DNA of 14,227 bases from Pseudomonadota bacterium. GTDB lineage: Bacteria > Bdellovibrionota_B > Oligoflexia > Oligoflexales > RGVZ01. The notes under the pieces are model-generated. The model was not told where the DNA came from. It searched no databases and saw only the letters and a program-made list of their open reading frames with translations. Location of the stretch: NCBI GenBank assembly GCA_041178085.1, contig JBEGVZ010000129.1:1-14227 (forward strand), read 5' to 3'. The position numbers and the translations under genes were made by a program. This document shows, in pieces, positions 1 through 7,741 of this stretch (position 1 is the stretch's first letter; every line of letters starts with the position of its first letter).

Positions 1-316
1 GGCCTATCCATCCAACCAGGGCATTCACGCAATGGCGGACTGCGTATTTATCAATCCCGTGAAAGATTTTCTGGAAGACGACACAAAAGAAGTCAAACAT
101 GCCGCCGTAAAGGTACAAGTCCGAGAAATTTAACGCTGACTTGTCCCCGAAGCCTGAGCTGAAATAACGAAAAACCAACTCGCCGTATGCCTGCTGTGCT
201 TCCTCGTCCAGCGTGATGCCGTATGAAAATGAAAGCATTGGCAACGCCACCATCAATGCGGCGAGGCTGCCAAGCATAACTTGCCGGTAGATAATCTTGG
301 GCCCTGTTACCGCCAA
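1..316 (-). CDS. Partial (N-terminal part; runs off the window) GT-C fold membrane glycosyltransferase, ArnT/PMT (GT39/GT83)-like
   Basis: Not in the ORF track. Manual translation from TTG at 316, with SD AAGGGAG at 329-323 (6-nt spacing), gives MAVTGPKIIYRQVMLGSLAALMVALPMLSFSYGITLDEEAQQAYGELVFRYFSSGFGDKSALNFSDLYLYGGMFDFFCVVFQKIFHGIDKYAVRHCVNALVGWIG..., open to the window edge. An N-terminal TM helix followed by YGITxDE, then YYG-like (LYGG) and RH motifs, is typical of the first loop of GT-C transferases. A later ATG start (MLGSL...) is possible. Confidence 0.75.
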   Translation of the reverse strand, partial: MAVTGPKIIYRQVMLGSLAALMVALPMLSFSYGITLDEEAQQAYGELVFRYFSSGFGDKSALNFSDLYLYGGMFDFFCVVFQKIFHGIDKYAVRHCVNALVGWIG

Positions 317-363
317 GATTTACTCCCTTCTTGCTGTGCATGCGTGGTGGAGGGGCAGGGATT

Positions 364-391
364 ATTGTATGTCGCGTGGGACCAGCGTCCA
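364..391 (-). promoter_or_regulatory. Candidate sigma70 promoter for the glycosyltransferase gene
   Basis: Minus strand reads TGGACG (391-386), a 16-nt spacer, then TACAAT (369-364), about 35 nt upstream of the SD, with an AT-rich tract further upstream. Motif match only. Confidence 0.3.
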
Positions 392-529
392 CCGGGAATT
401 TTAAATATACAAGGATACAATGCTGTCGAATAAATTGGCGGGGGGACTCAAAGGATTTGGAGGGGCGTGCGCCAATAGGAGGATTGCAGGTGCAAGGATG
501 GTTCTGTTCCTGGAATCAACAACGCGGCT

Positions 530-1816
530 CTATCCTTTTTGCGGGAGCAGGGCTGGCAAGTTGGTCGCTCCCGGGCAGAAGTGGTTCTCAAAGCGTTGGT
601 CCAGTAAACGGCACGGACTTGCACGAAGCTGTGGCGGGCCATAGGGGGACGTCGCCTCGTAAGCAAAACAAAACCCCGCCGAGCGGTGAACAATAAAGAC
701 ACTGTGATCGTATGTGGTGAGAATGCATCCGGGGCGGGCTGACTCATCGGTGCGAATCAGACCTTTCTTTGCAAGAATGCCAGCCCAGCACTCCACGCAC
801 ATGTCTTCAATGAAGACGGCAGATTCAAAAGGCTGGGTTGACGATCGGGTCTGGTCAGCCATTGTCTCGTCGGTGCAATGATCTACCCAAAGCTGCACCT
901 TGCCGCACTGGCTGGCCGTGCAGTCCTCATGCTTCATGTTGATCAGGAGCCCACCCGGATTTAGCGCGAGTTCGGCGATTTTTGTATTCTTGTTGGCAGC
1001 GACGAATTCGCGGGCCTCTTTGCCGCACCGTGGTTCATCGGCAAGGCGCGCGAACATCACGTCTTCCAGCTGCAGGTCACCAAGAAGGTCGCCGGCCACG
1101 GCCTGCGCAGTGCCATGACAGTTGGGCGGCCCGTAGGTAACGTGGGCATACGACTGCAATCCGCTCAATTCAATGACGAACGGCTCGTTCCACGCAAGGT
1201 TCTGGTTTTTCGGGTCCTTGATCCTGTGGATCTTCTTCACGCCATCGTGGCATATAACCCGCGTCTTGCGCGGCTTCGTGCGCGCACTGATAGAGTTGCT
1301 TGAAGCGGATGGACATTCAGCCTCGACGAAACACCCCTCTGGCGTCATTCGCACCAAGTCGGTGCATTTGGGGTCCTGGAATTCAGAGGTTTCCGATGCA
1401 ATCATCTGTCGCGTAGCGTCACTGCCGCGTTTCTTGCAGAAGTCGCGCATCCGGGCACCGAGTCGCGCCATTACACCGTTGGTAAGGCCTTCCAGGCACT
1501 TTACCTTTTCGGCGCCGAGGGCAGGGTAATCGGTAGGCCAGTTGTTTTCGATCCGCGTCTGAACAGCATTCATCCAGCGGCGTGCCAGGGCTGGATCGTT
1601 GATGCATTTGCCAAGTCCCTTTGCCTCATCCGTGACTTCGGCGGTCGTGGCCGTGTAATCATCCCGCCGGCAGGCGTCATCCAGGGCTTTCGATGTCTCG
1701 ATGGACCATAGGTCAGCGACACTGAGGGAAGGTCCAGCTGTGCGGCAACCCCACATGGAAAGCAGGGTCGCCGCAAGCAGGTAAGAACAGATCTGGTGCC
1801 GGTCAGTAAGACGCAT
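530..1816 (-). CDS. Hypothetical Cys-rich lipoprotein, possibly with a papain/NlpC-P60-like Cys-His domain
   Basis: 428-aa ORF with a hydrophobic signal ending in a lipobox-like LSMWG|C (Cys24). 21 Cys by my count. GPPNCHGTA and later [13 protein letters not shown]...YEATSPYGP segments. The start overlaps the ald stop by 14 nt. Confidence 0.7.
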   Translation of the reverse strand: MRLTDRHQICSYLLAATLLSMWGCRTAGPSLSVADLWSIETSKALDDACRRDDYTATTAEVTDEAKGLGKCINDPALARRWMNAVQTRIENNWPTDYPALGAEKVKCLEGLTNGVMARLGARMRDFCKKRGSDATRQMIASETSEFQDPKCTDLVRMTPEGCFVEAECPSASSNSISARTKPRKTRVICHDGVKKIHRIKDPKNQNLAWNEPFVIELSGLQSYAHVTYGPPNCHGTAQAVAGDLLGDLQLEDVMFARLADEPRCGKEAREFVAANKNTKIAELALNPGGLLINMKHEDCTASQCGKVQLWVDHCTDETMADQTRSSTQPFESAVFIEDMCVECWAGILAKKGLIRTDESARPGCILTTYDHSVFIVHRSAGFCFAYEATSPYGPPQLRASPCRLLDQRFENHFCPGATNLPALLPQKG

Positions 1817-2903
1817 GCGGGATATTGAGCGCGTCTGCCACTGCCTTGTGCGTCAACTTGCCGTTGAAGCTGTTGAGGCCCTTGCGCAGCGGCTCGGATT
1901 CATCGAGGGCGCGGGCAAGGCCTTTGTTGGCCAGATCCAGCGCGTACTTGATGGTGACATTGGTCAGTGCGTAGGTGGAGGTCTTCGGCACGTCGCCCGG
2001 GATGTTGGTGACGCCGTAGTGAAGTACACCTTCTTCCTTGAACACCGGATCATCGTGGGTCGTCGGACGGATCGTCTCGACACACCCGCCTTGGTCAATT
2101 GCCACGTCGACAATTGCAGAGTCGGGTTCCATGGTGCGAACCATGTCGCTGCTTACCAGGCACGGGGCCTTGGCTCCAGTGATCAGGACGGCGCCGACCA
2201 GAAGATCTGACTCGCGCACGGCGCGTGCCAGGTTTTCCGGATTCGACATCAAAGTCTGGATGTTGTTGCCGAAGATATCGTCCAGGTACGCAAGGCGTGC
2301 CGGGTTGACGTCAAGAATCGTCACTTGTGCGCCAAGGCCGATCGCCATTTTCGCCGAGTTGATACCGACGACGCCACCGCCGATGATCGCAACGCGACCA
2401 CGTGCAACGCCGGGAACTCCGCCAAGAAGCAGCCCCTTGCCGCCATTATGTTTTTGCAGGCATTGCGCGCCGACTTGGACCGCCATGCGACCAGCAACTT
2501 CACTCATCGGGGTCAACAGCGGCAACGAGCCGTTGGCCAGTTCGATCGTCTCGTAAGCGATCGCAGTGACTTTGCGATCAAGCAGGGCTTTGGCCAGTTC
2601 AGGAACAGCAGCCAGGTGGAGGTAAGTATAAAGAATCTGACCAGCACGCATCCGGGAATATTCTTCCGGGATCGGCTCCTTCACCTTCATGATCATCTCG
2701 GCTTCGTCCCAGACCTGCTTGGCGCTGTTGACGATCGTGGCTCCGGCTGTGACGTAGCGCGCATCCGGGATGCCTGCGCCAAGGCCAGCGCCTTTTTCGA
2801 TCATGACCTTGTGGCCATTCGCTACCAGCACTTCAACACCGCCCGGAACGACGGCGACACGATTTTCGCGATTTTTGATTTCCTTTGGGATCCCGATCAG
2901 CAT
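1803..2903 (-). CDS. ald: Alanine dehydrogenase
   Basis: [17 protein letters not shown] start, [28 protein letters not shown], GxGGGVVG Rossmann motif, [33 protein letters not shown] upstream. Confidence 0.97.
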   Translation of the reverse strand: MLIGIPKEIKNRENRVAVVPGGVEVLVANGHKVMIEKGAGLGAGIPDARYVTAGATIVNSAKQVWDEAEMIMKVKEPIPEEYSRMRAGQILYTYLHLAAVPELAKALLDRKVTAIAYETIELANGSLPLLTPMSEVAGRMAVQVGAQCLQKHNGGKGLLLGGVPGVARGRVAIIGGGVVGINSAKMAIGLGAQVTILDVNPARLAYLDDIFGNNIQTLMSNPENLARAVRESDLLVGAVLITGAKAPCLVSSDMVRTMEPDSAIVDVAIDQGGCVETIRPTTHDDPVFKEEGVLHYGVTNIPGDVPKTSTYALTNVTIKYALDLANKGLARALDESEPLRKGLNSFNGKLTHKAVADALNIPHASY

Positions 2904-2936
2904 GGAATTTGGTCCTTAAACTGTGTGGTCTGAGGA

Positions 2937-3749
2937 CTATAGCACCACAGGAACCTCTACGCTAAGGCCATCGAATGCAAGGCGGACGTTGCCGGGCAGG
3001 GTGCGGGATACGGAGTGGTAGTCAATCTCATGACCCATATGGGTTATAACACCCTGTTTTGCTTCGATTTTTTTGATCAATTCGAGGGTCTCTGGCAGGC
3101 TGCTATGGGTCGGATGGCTGCTCATCCGCAGTCCGCTGGCGATCAGCGTGTGGACTTTTCCCCGCCAACGGTTGACCAGTTCTTCCGGCAGGGACTTGAA
3201 GTCCGTTGCATAAACCAGTCCGCCAACTTTGAACACGGTGACGTCCTGGTTGCCATGACTGACCGTCGCCGGTTCTATTTCGATGCCAAAAACCGTGAAC
3301 GTCTTGCCCGGTGTGATCTCATGCAACACGAGTTGCGGCCTGGTGCCGTGGTACTCCGTGTCACTGAACGCATACGAGAAACGATTCTTGATGTCTTGCA
3401 GGTGAGTCGCCGTTGCGTGGACGGAAAGCGGGTGACGCGCACGAAAAAACAGCGCACGCAGGTCATCAAACCCGTGACAATGATCCGAGTGGGTGTGCGT
3501 GTAGATCACGTGCTCAAGGTGCCGGGTTTTTTGGCGCAGCATCTGGATGCGGAATTCCGGAGCGGTGTCGAAGACAGCGTGCTGTTCCTGGTCCGTGCCA
3601 GCGCCACTCGTCAGCAGGAGAGACGCACGGGTGCGCTGGTTGAAGGGATCGCCGCCGGTGCATACTTCGCAGTCGCACCCGATCACCGGCACGCCGGGTG
3701 AACTTCCCGATCCCAGGATCGTCGCCTTAATGGTTTGTGGACTTGTCAC
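2937..3749 (-). CDS. Metallo-beta-lactamase-fold hydrolase, PhnP/YycJ/LipB-like phosphodiesterase
   Basis: LGSGSSPGVPVIGCDCEVC, RTRASLL, THTHSDHCHG (HxHxDH), YATD, THS and ITHMGH motifs. The start is placed at GTG 3749 (AAGGA 8 nt upstream) rather than the track's 3890, which lies deep inside recQ. It overlaps the recQ end by 23 nt. Confidence 0.9.
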   Translation of the reverse strand: MTSPQTIKATILGSGSSPGVPVIGCDCEVCTGGDPFNQRTRASLLLTSGAGTDQEQHAVFDTAPEFRIQMLRQKTRHLEHVIYTHTHSDHCHGFDDLRALFFRARHPLSVHATATHLQDIKNRFSYAFSDTEYHGTRPQLVLHEITPGKTFTVFGIEIEPATVSHGNQDVTVFKVGGLVYATDFKSLPEELVNRWRGKVHTLIASGLRMSSHPTHSSLPETLELIKKIEAKQGVITHMGHEIDYHSVSRTLPGNVRLAFDGLSVEVPVVL

Positions 3750-5223
3750 GCGATGGATCCTTGAAGTAGTTGCGCAACATGGCCAGGCCACGCGAAGTTG
3801 AAGACGCGGCCAGACGGGCAAAAAGGCGCATTTGTTCGAGTTTCCACAGGGCTTCCTGGCGCCGGTACTCGTACTGTCGCCACCATGCACCAGAATCCTC
3901 GATGCGGTTGCCAGCAGTGAGTATCAGGTCTGACTCCATGGATGATGGGTCCAGCACTTCGGACTGCCGGAAAAGGTTTTCCCGCAGCGCATAATCCAGC
4001 GCCGCCTCTGCATCGCGTGATTTTGTTCCTTTGGCGGCCAGCTGCTTGAGCAGCCAGTAGCGGTTTTTGCCGTATTGATCCTGACCTTCCAGTTGCCCTG
4101 CGATGAACTCACACACCTTGCGAGTCATGTTCACTTCTGGATATTGGCGGTCAATCAGGAACTTGCGCGTGTGATAGTCGCGCAGATGGAAGAACATGGT
4201 GCAGCGAGCTGGTTTTCCGTCGCGTCCTGCGCGACCAGTCTCCTGCACATATTGTTCAATGTTTTGTGGCATCCCGGCGTGGATCACGTGCCGGATGTCC
4301 GCCTTGTCTATGCCCAGGCCAAATGCACTGGTGGCGACCATGATCCCGGTATTTCCCGAAAGGAAAGCGCGCTGGCTGGCCTGGCGTGAACCTGGTTCCA
4401 TGCCTGCGTGGTAGATGCCTGCGTGCAAGTTGCGTGACCGCAAATCACGCCAGATCGTGTTGGCATCTTTGCGTGTCGGAGCGTAGATGAGGGTCGTCTC
4501 CGGTGAAATGGCGTTAGCAATCAATGCGGGAAGATCCTGGACGGAAGTAGCCTGGGTCACTGACGTAGACAGGTTGTCGCGGACCAGCTCGCTTACGACC
4601 AGGGCCGGGTCGCGGAGTTTCAGGTTGGCGATCATGTCAGCCTTGATGCCCGGTGTAGCAGTGGCTGTAAGCGCCAGGCGCACGGCGCCGGGGAAAGAAT
4701 CCAGGAAAGTTCCAATGTGGCGGTACTCGGGCCTGAAGTTGAACCCCCACTGGCTCGTGCAGTGGGCTTCGTCAATTGCCACCAGGGTGATCTTCCGCAT
4801 TCCGGCGAGGCGTTCGCGGAAGGTCAGGCTCGATAGACGCTCCGGAGAAACAAAAGCAACGACGGCCTCGCCACTGGCAAGCGATTGCCACAGTCCGTCG
4901 CGGTCATCGCGCGTTTGCAGGCTGTCAAAAGACGCAACCGGAATCCCCTTGGCGCCGAGCTTTTCTGCCTGGTCGCGCATGAGGGCTATGAGCGGGGAGA
5001 CAACCAGGACGAGGCTTCTATTCATCGGTGGCTTTGCCATTTCCATCGCCGCAGGCACGCCGTAGCAAAGGGTTTTTCCGCTGCCAGTTGGCGAGACGGC
5101 AAGGCAATCACGGCCGGCATCAATGGCGGCAAGGACTTCCCTCTGGAAGTCGTGCAGGGCGTCGAACCCGAAAATGGTTCGCGCGGCCTGCCCGTGATGG
5201 TCGGTGTCCAGAGAAGTGTGCAT
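3727..5223 (-). CDS. recQ: RecQ-family ATP-dependent DNA helicase, short form (helicase core, degenerate RQC, no HRDC)
   Basis: SPTGSGKT, VSPLIALMRDQ, SPERL, IDEAHCTSQWGFNFRPEY (DEAH plus aromatic-rich loop), ALTATA, YHAGM, VATSAFGLGIDKADIR and QETGRAGRDG motifs. Confidence 0.92.
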   Translation of the reverse strand: MHTSLDTDHHGQAARTIFGFDALHDFQREVLAAIDAGRDCLAVSPTGSGKTLCYGVPAAMEMAKPPMNRSLVLVVSPLIALMRDQAEKLGAKGIPVASFDSLQTRDDRDGLWQSLASGEAVVAFVSPERLSSLTFRERLAGMRKITLVAIDEAHCTSQWGFNFRPEYRHIGTFLDSFPGAVRLALTATATPGIKADMIANLKLRDPALVVSELVRDNLSTSVTQATSVQDLPALIANAISPETTLIYAPTRKDANTIWRDLRSRNLHAGIYHAGMEPGSRQASQRAFLSGNTGIMVATSAFGLGIDKADIRHVIHAGMPQNIEQYVQETGRAGRDGKPARCTMFFHLRDYHTRKFLIDRQYPEVNMTRKVCEFIAGQLEGQDQYGKNRYWLLKQLAAKGTKSRDAEAALDYALRENLFRQSEVLDPSSMESDLILTAGNRIEDSGAWWRQYEYRRQEALWKLEQMRLFARLAASSTSRGLAMLRNYFKDPSRDKSTNH

Positions 5224-5288
5224 GCTGACTCAGGTTTTACGCGATTTGCCAGTCGCACGGAAAGGGGTTTCTTGGGTATGATCATCAG

Positions 5289-6518
5289 ATGGATTTTGTC
5301 GTCCAAAAATACGGGGGAACCTCGGTCGGCTCCCTGGAACGGATCAACCGGGTCGCCGACCACGTCGCTGCCACCCGGGCCGGTGGCGTCAACGTCGTCG
5401 TTGTGGTCAGCGCCATGGGCGAACAGACCGACGACCTGATTGACATGGCCCGCGCCTTGAGCAAGGACCCGCCGCGCAGGGAACTTGACATGCTGCTCAC
5501 CGCGGGTGAGCGGATCACGATGGCGTTGCTGAGCATCGCCTTGCACGAACGGGGCTTGAAGTCGGTTTCTTTGACAGGTTCCCAGAGCGGCATCCTCACC
5601 GATGAGACCCACGGCAATGCGCGCATCGAAAAAATCCTGGGCGACCGGATACGGACAGGCCTTCAGGAAAATTCCATTGTGATCGTGGCGGGATTTCAGG
5701 GAGTCAGTCCCAAGACCAAGGAAATCACCACGCTTGGGCGTGGGGGGTCCGACTTGAGTGCGGTTGCACTGGCCTCTGTGCTGGGCGCACAGCGGTGTGA
5801 ACTGTACAAGGACGTCGATGGCGTCTTCACGGCCGATCCTCGTGTCGTCCCTGGAGCCCGCAAGATTGATTCATTGCCCTGGTATGCGATGTCGGAACTG
5901 GCATGGGCCGGAGCCGGCGTATTGCATGCGCGGGCAGCGCACGTCGCCGCCAGGTTTGGCCTGGTGGCAGAGATTCGTTCCAGCTTCAAGCCGCAGCTTG
6001 GCGGCACTTTGATAGAACCCGCGACGGGATTGGATGTTGACATGAGCACGAGCAAGCACGGGATGGAACAGGCGACTCTGCATGCGATCGCGAGCAAGTC
6101 AAAGATGTGTCTGCTTGAAATTGAGACCGGTGCGGGTGACGCTGTGAAGCTGAACCCTGCTGTGCTCGAGTTCCTGTGGGCGAACGGCGAGGCCCCCGCA
6201 GTCAACCAGCAGGTAGGCAGCGTCACGCGCCTCGTGGTCCCGGAAAACCTTGCAGCAGCGATCAAAGACGGACTCGCTGGCGGGCGCTTCGCGGCTGTTC
6301 GCGCCAAGTCAGTGAAGCTTTCAATGGCCGGAATGTCCGCTGTGACGGTGGTGGGCAACGGCTTCCTGCAGAACCCTGAAACTGTTGCGCAGTTGCTTTC
6401 TGCGGCATCGACCGCAGGTGAAGTCATGCTCTGGGATGTCCGCAATCACGCGTTGATGGTCGGCGTGAAGGATGCCGAAGCTCCAAAAGTTGTCCAGGCT
6501 TTGCACGCTCTTTTTTAG
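5289..6518 (+). CDS. lysC: Aspartate kinase (monofunctional, LysC/Ask type) with divergent C-terminal ACT region
   Basis: VQKYGGTSVG, VVVSAMG, DMLLTAGE, VAGFQG, TTLGRGGSDLSA and DVDGVFTADPR motifs; 409 aa. Confidence 0.95.
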   Translation: MDFVVQKYGGTSVGSLERINRVADHVAATRAGGVNVVVVVSAMGEQTDDLIDMARALSKDPPRRELDMLLTAGERITMALLSIALHERGLKSVSLTGSQSGILTDETHGNARIEKILGDRIRTGLQENSIVIVAGFQGVSPKTKEITTLGRGGSDLSAVALASVLGAQRCELYKDVDGVFTADPRVVPGARKIDSLPWYAMSELAWAGAGVLHARAAHVAARFGLVAEIRSSFKPQLGGTLIEPATGLDVDMSTSKHGMEQATLHAIASKSKMCLLEIETGAGDAVKLNPAVLEFLWANGEAPAVNQQVGSVTRLVVPENLAAAIKDGLAGGRFAAVRAKSVKLSMAGMSAVTVVGNGFLQNPETVAQLLSAASTAGEVMLWDVRNHALMVGVKDAEAPKVVQALHALF

Positions 6519-6559
6519 CGAGCCTGCGCCTGGCCGGAACAGCGTCAGCAATTCTACGG

Positions 6560-6955
6560 TCAGCGGTACCAGTGCGAACGACAAGTGAACGTGGCGACGC
6601 GGTTCCCATGGGCGGCACCCAGTGCCACGGACATCTTCCAGGTCTCGCCAGCGGTAAGTGTCGACGTATTCGTCAGCAAGGTCTCGACGTTGTCAAATTC
6701 GTCAACGACGCGTTGCAGGCTGAATTCAAAGGTTTCCGTCATCGGTTCGAAGGATCCATGAACGACCAGGTCTTCCAGAATGGTGAATGATCCCTGGAAC
6801 TTCTTGGCTGCGTCTTTGTACTGAACCAGGTCAAACCCGACCTGGGCAGGAAAGTCGGCCGAACAAAGCACATGACCTTTTTTGATCTCCGAAGCGCTGG
6901 CTGCGGAACTGATCAGGACACCCAAGATCAAAGCGAAGAATTTTTTTGAAAACAA
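6560..6955 (-). CDS. Hypothetical secreted protein (~131 aa)
   Basis: Signal peptide MFSKKFFALILGVLISSAASA. The start is more likely TTG 6955 (GGGAG 7 nt upstream) than TTG 6961, which abuts the SD. There is one Cys near each end of the mature chain. Confidence 0.7.
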   Translation of the reverse strand: MFSKKFFALILGVLISSAASASEIKKGHVLCSADFPAQVGFDLVQYKDAAKKFQGSFTILEDLVVHGSFEPMTETFEFSLQRVVDEFDNVETLLTNTSTLTAGETWKMSVALGAAHGNRVATFTCRSHWYR

Positions 6956-7139
6956 GGTCAATCTCCCTGGCGGATTCCGCCTTTGATTTCGTCAACGAAA
7001 AGCTGCCCTGTGGATACTGCAGAAGGTAGGGACGGGCAATGGAATTTCCACCGCCTGAAACCAATCCGGGCAGTCCGTGGTAAACTTGAGGGGTACGTCC
7101 TTGCCAGGAAACTTCCATTTGACCCGGGAGAATGATGTC

Positions 7140-7574
7140 ATGAGGAATTTTATTTTCGGCATTTCCCTTTTTGCGCTTGCCGTATCATCCGGGCAGCTTC
7201 TTGCTGCAGATCCCGTCATCTTCAAGACGTCCGGCGATTCCCATTACGAAAACGGTGAGATTGCGGTTCACCGTCATGGCGATTCCCTTGTCATGCGGGC
7301 ACGGCTTGTGGATCGCGGCCGTATCCATGATGTCGAGGCGACCCTCGACCCTCAGGGCGCCGGCCACTACCGTGGTGCTGGCAAGATTAAGGTCAGATAT
7401 GAGGATGGAACGGGCTGTCTGCACAGGTTTGGTGCCGCCATGACGGTCCAGGATGATGCGATCTTCTTGCGCGAAAATACGCCAGCGACCATCCCCTGGG
7501 ATCCCAATGGTCCCTGTGTCCCCGCGGGGCCTTACGAGTGGTTCAACCATCCGGAGCCGTACAGGAAGCAATAA
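7140..7574 (+). CDS. Hypothetical secreted protein (144 aa)
   Basis: GGGAG at 7126-7130 precedes ATG 7140 (in frame with the track ORF 7077). Signal peptide MRNFIFGISLFALAVSSGQLLA. Beta-rich pattern with two Cys. Confidence 0.75.
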   Translation: MRNFIFGISLFALAVSSGQLLAADPVIFKTSGDSHYENGEIAVHRHGDSLVMRARLVDRGRIHDVEATLDPQGAGHYRGAGKIKVRYEDGTGCLHRFGAAMTVQDDAIFLRENTPATIPWDPNGPCVPAGPYEWFNHPEPYRKQ

Positions 7575-7739
7575 AAAACTGCCCCCACCCGTTGTGCTTG
7601 AAAGCGGAATTGTTCTTGGAATATCGGGCGCTTCGATGTCAACCGGGTAGTTCGGTGCGTCAAGCTACGGGAAAAGCGTCTTTAGTCAATGATTACACAA
7701 GATACGTTGCCCCCATCACCAGCCGATGGGGGCAGTTTT
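7575..7739. repeat. 165-bp intergenic element bounded by perfect 13-bp inverted repeats (REP/MITE-like)
   Basis: AAAACTGCCCCCA (7575-7587) is the exact reverse complement of TGGGGGCAGTTTT (7727-7739). A third copy of the core, TGCCCCCA, is at 7708-7715. Confidence 0.55.
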
Positions 7740-7741
7740 AT
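7708..7741 (+). terminator. Rho-independent terminator-like hairpin between convergent genes
   Basis: 10-bp stem TGCCCCCATC / GATGGGGGCA with a 7-nt loop, followed by GTTTTAT on the plus strand. On the minus strand it lies directly after the stop codon of the beta-barrel gene. Confidence 0.65.

Noticed and set aside
788..799. CVEC in the Cys-rich lipoprotein as a heme c site
   Set aside because: It is followed by W rather than H, and there is no CxxCH anywhere in the protein.
3750..3890. N-terminal extension of the MBL ORF given in the track
   Set aside because: It lies within recQ in another frame. Family homology begins at TILGSGSS, and GTG 3749 has an SD.
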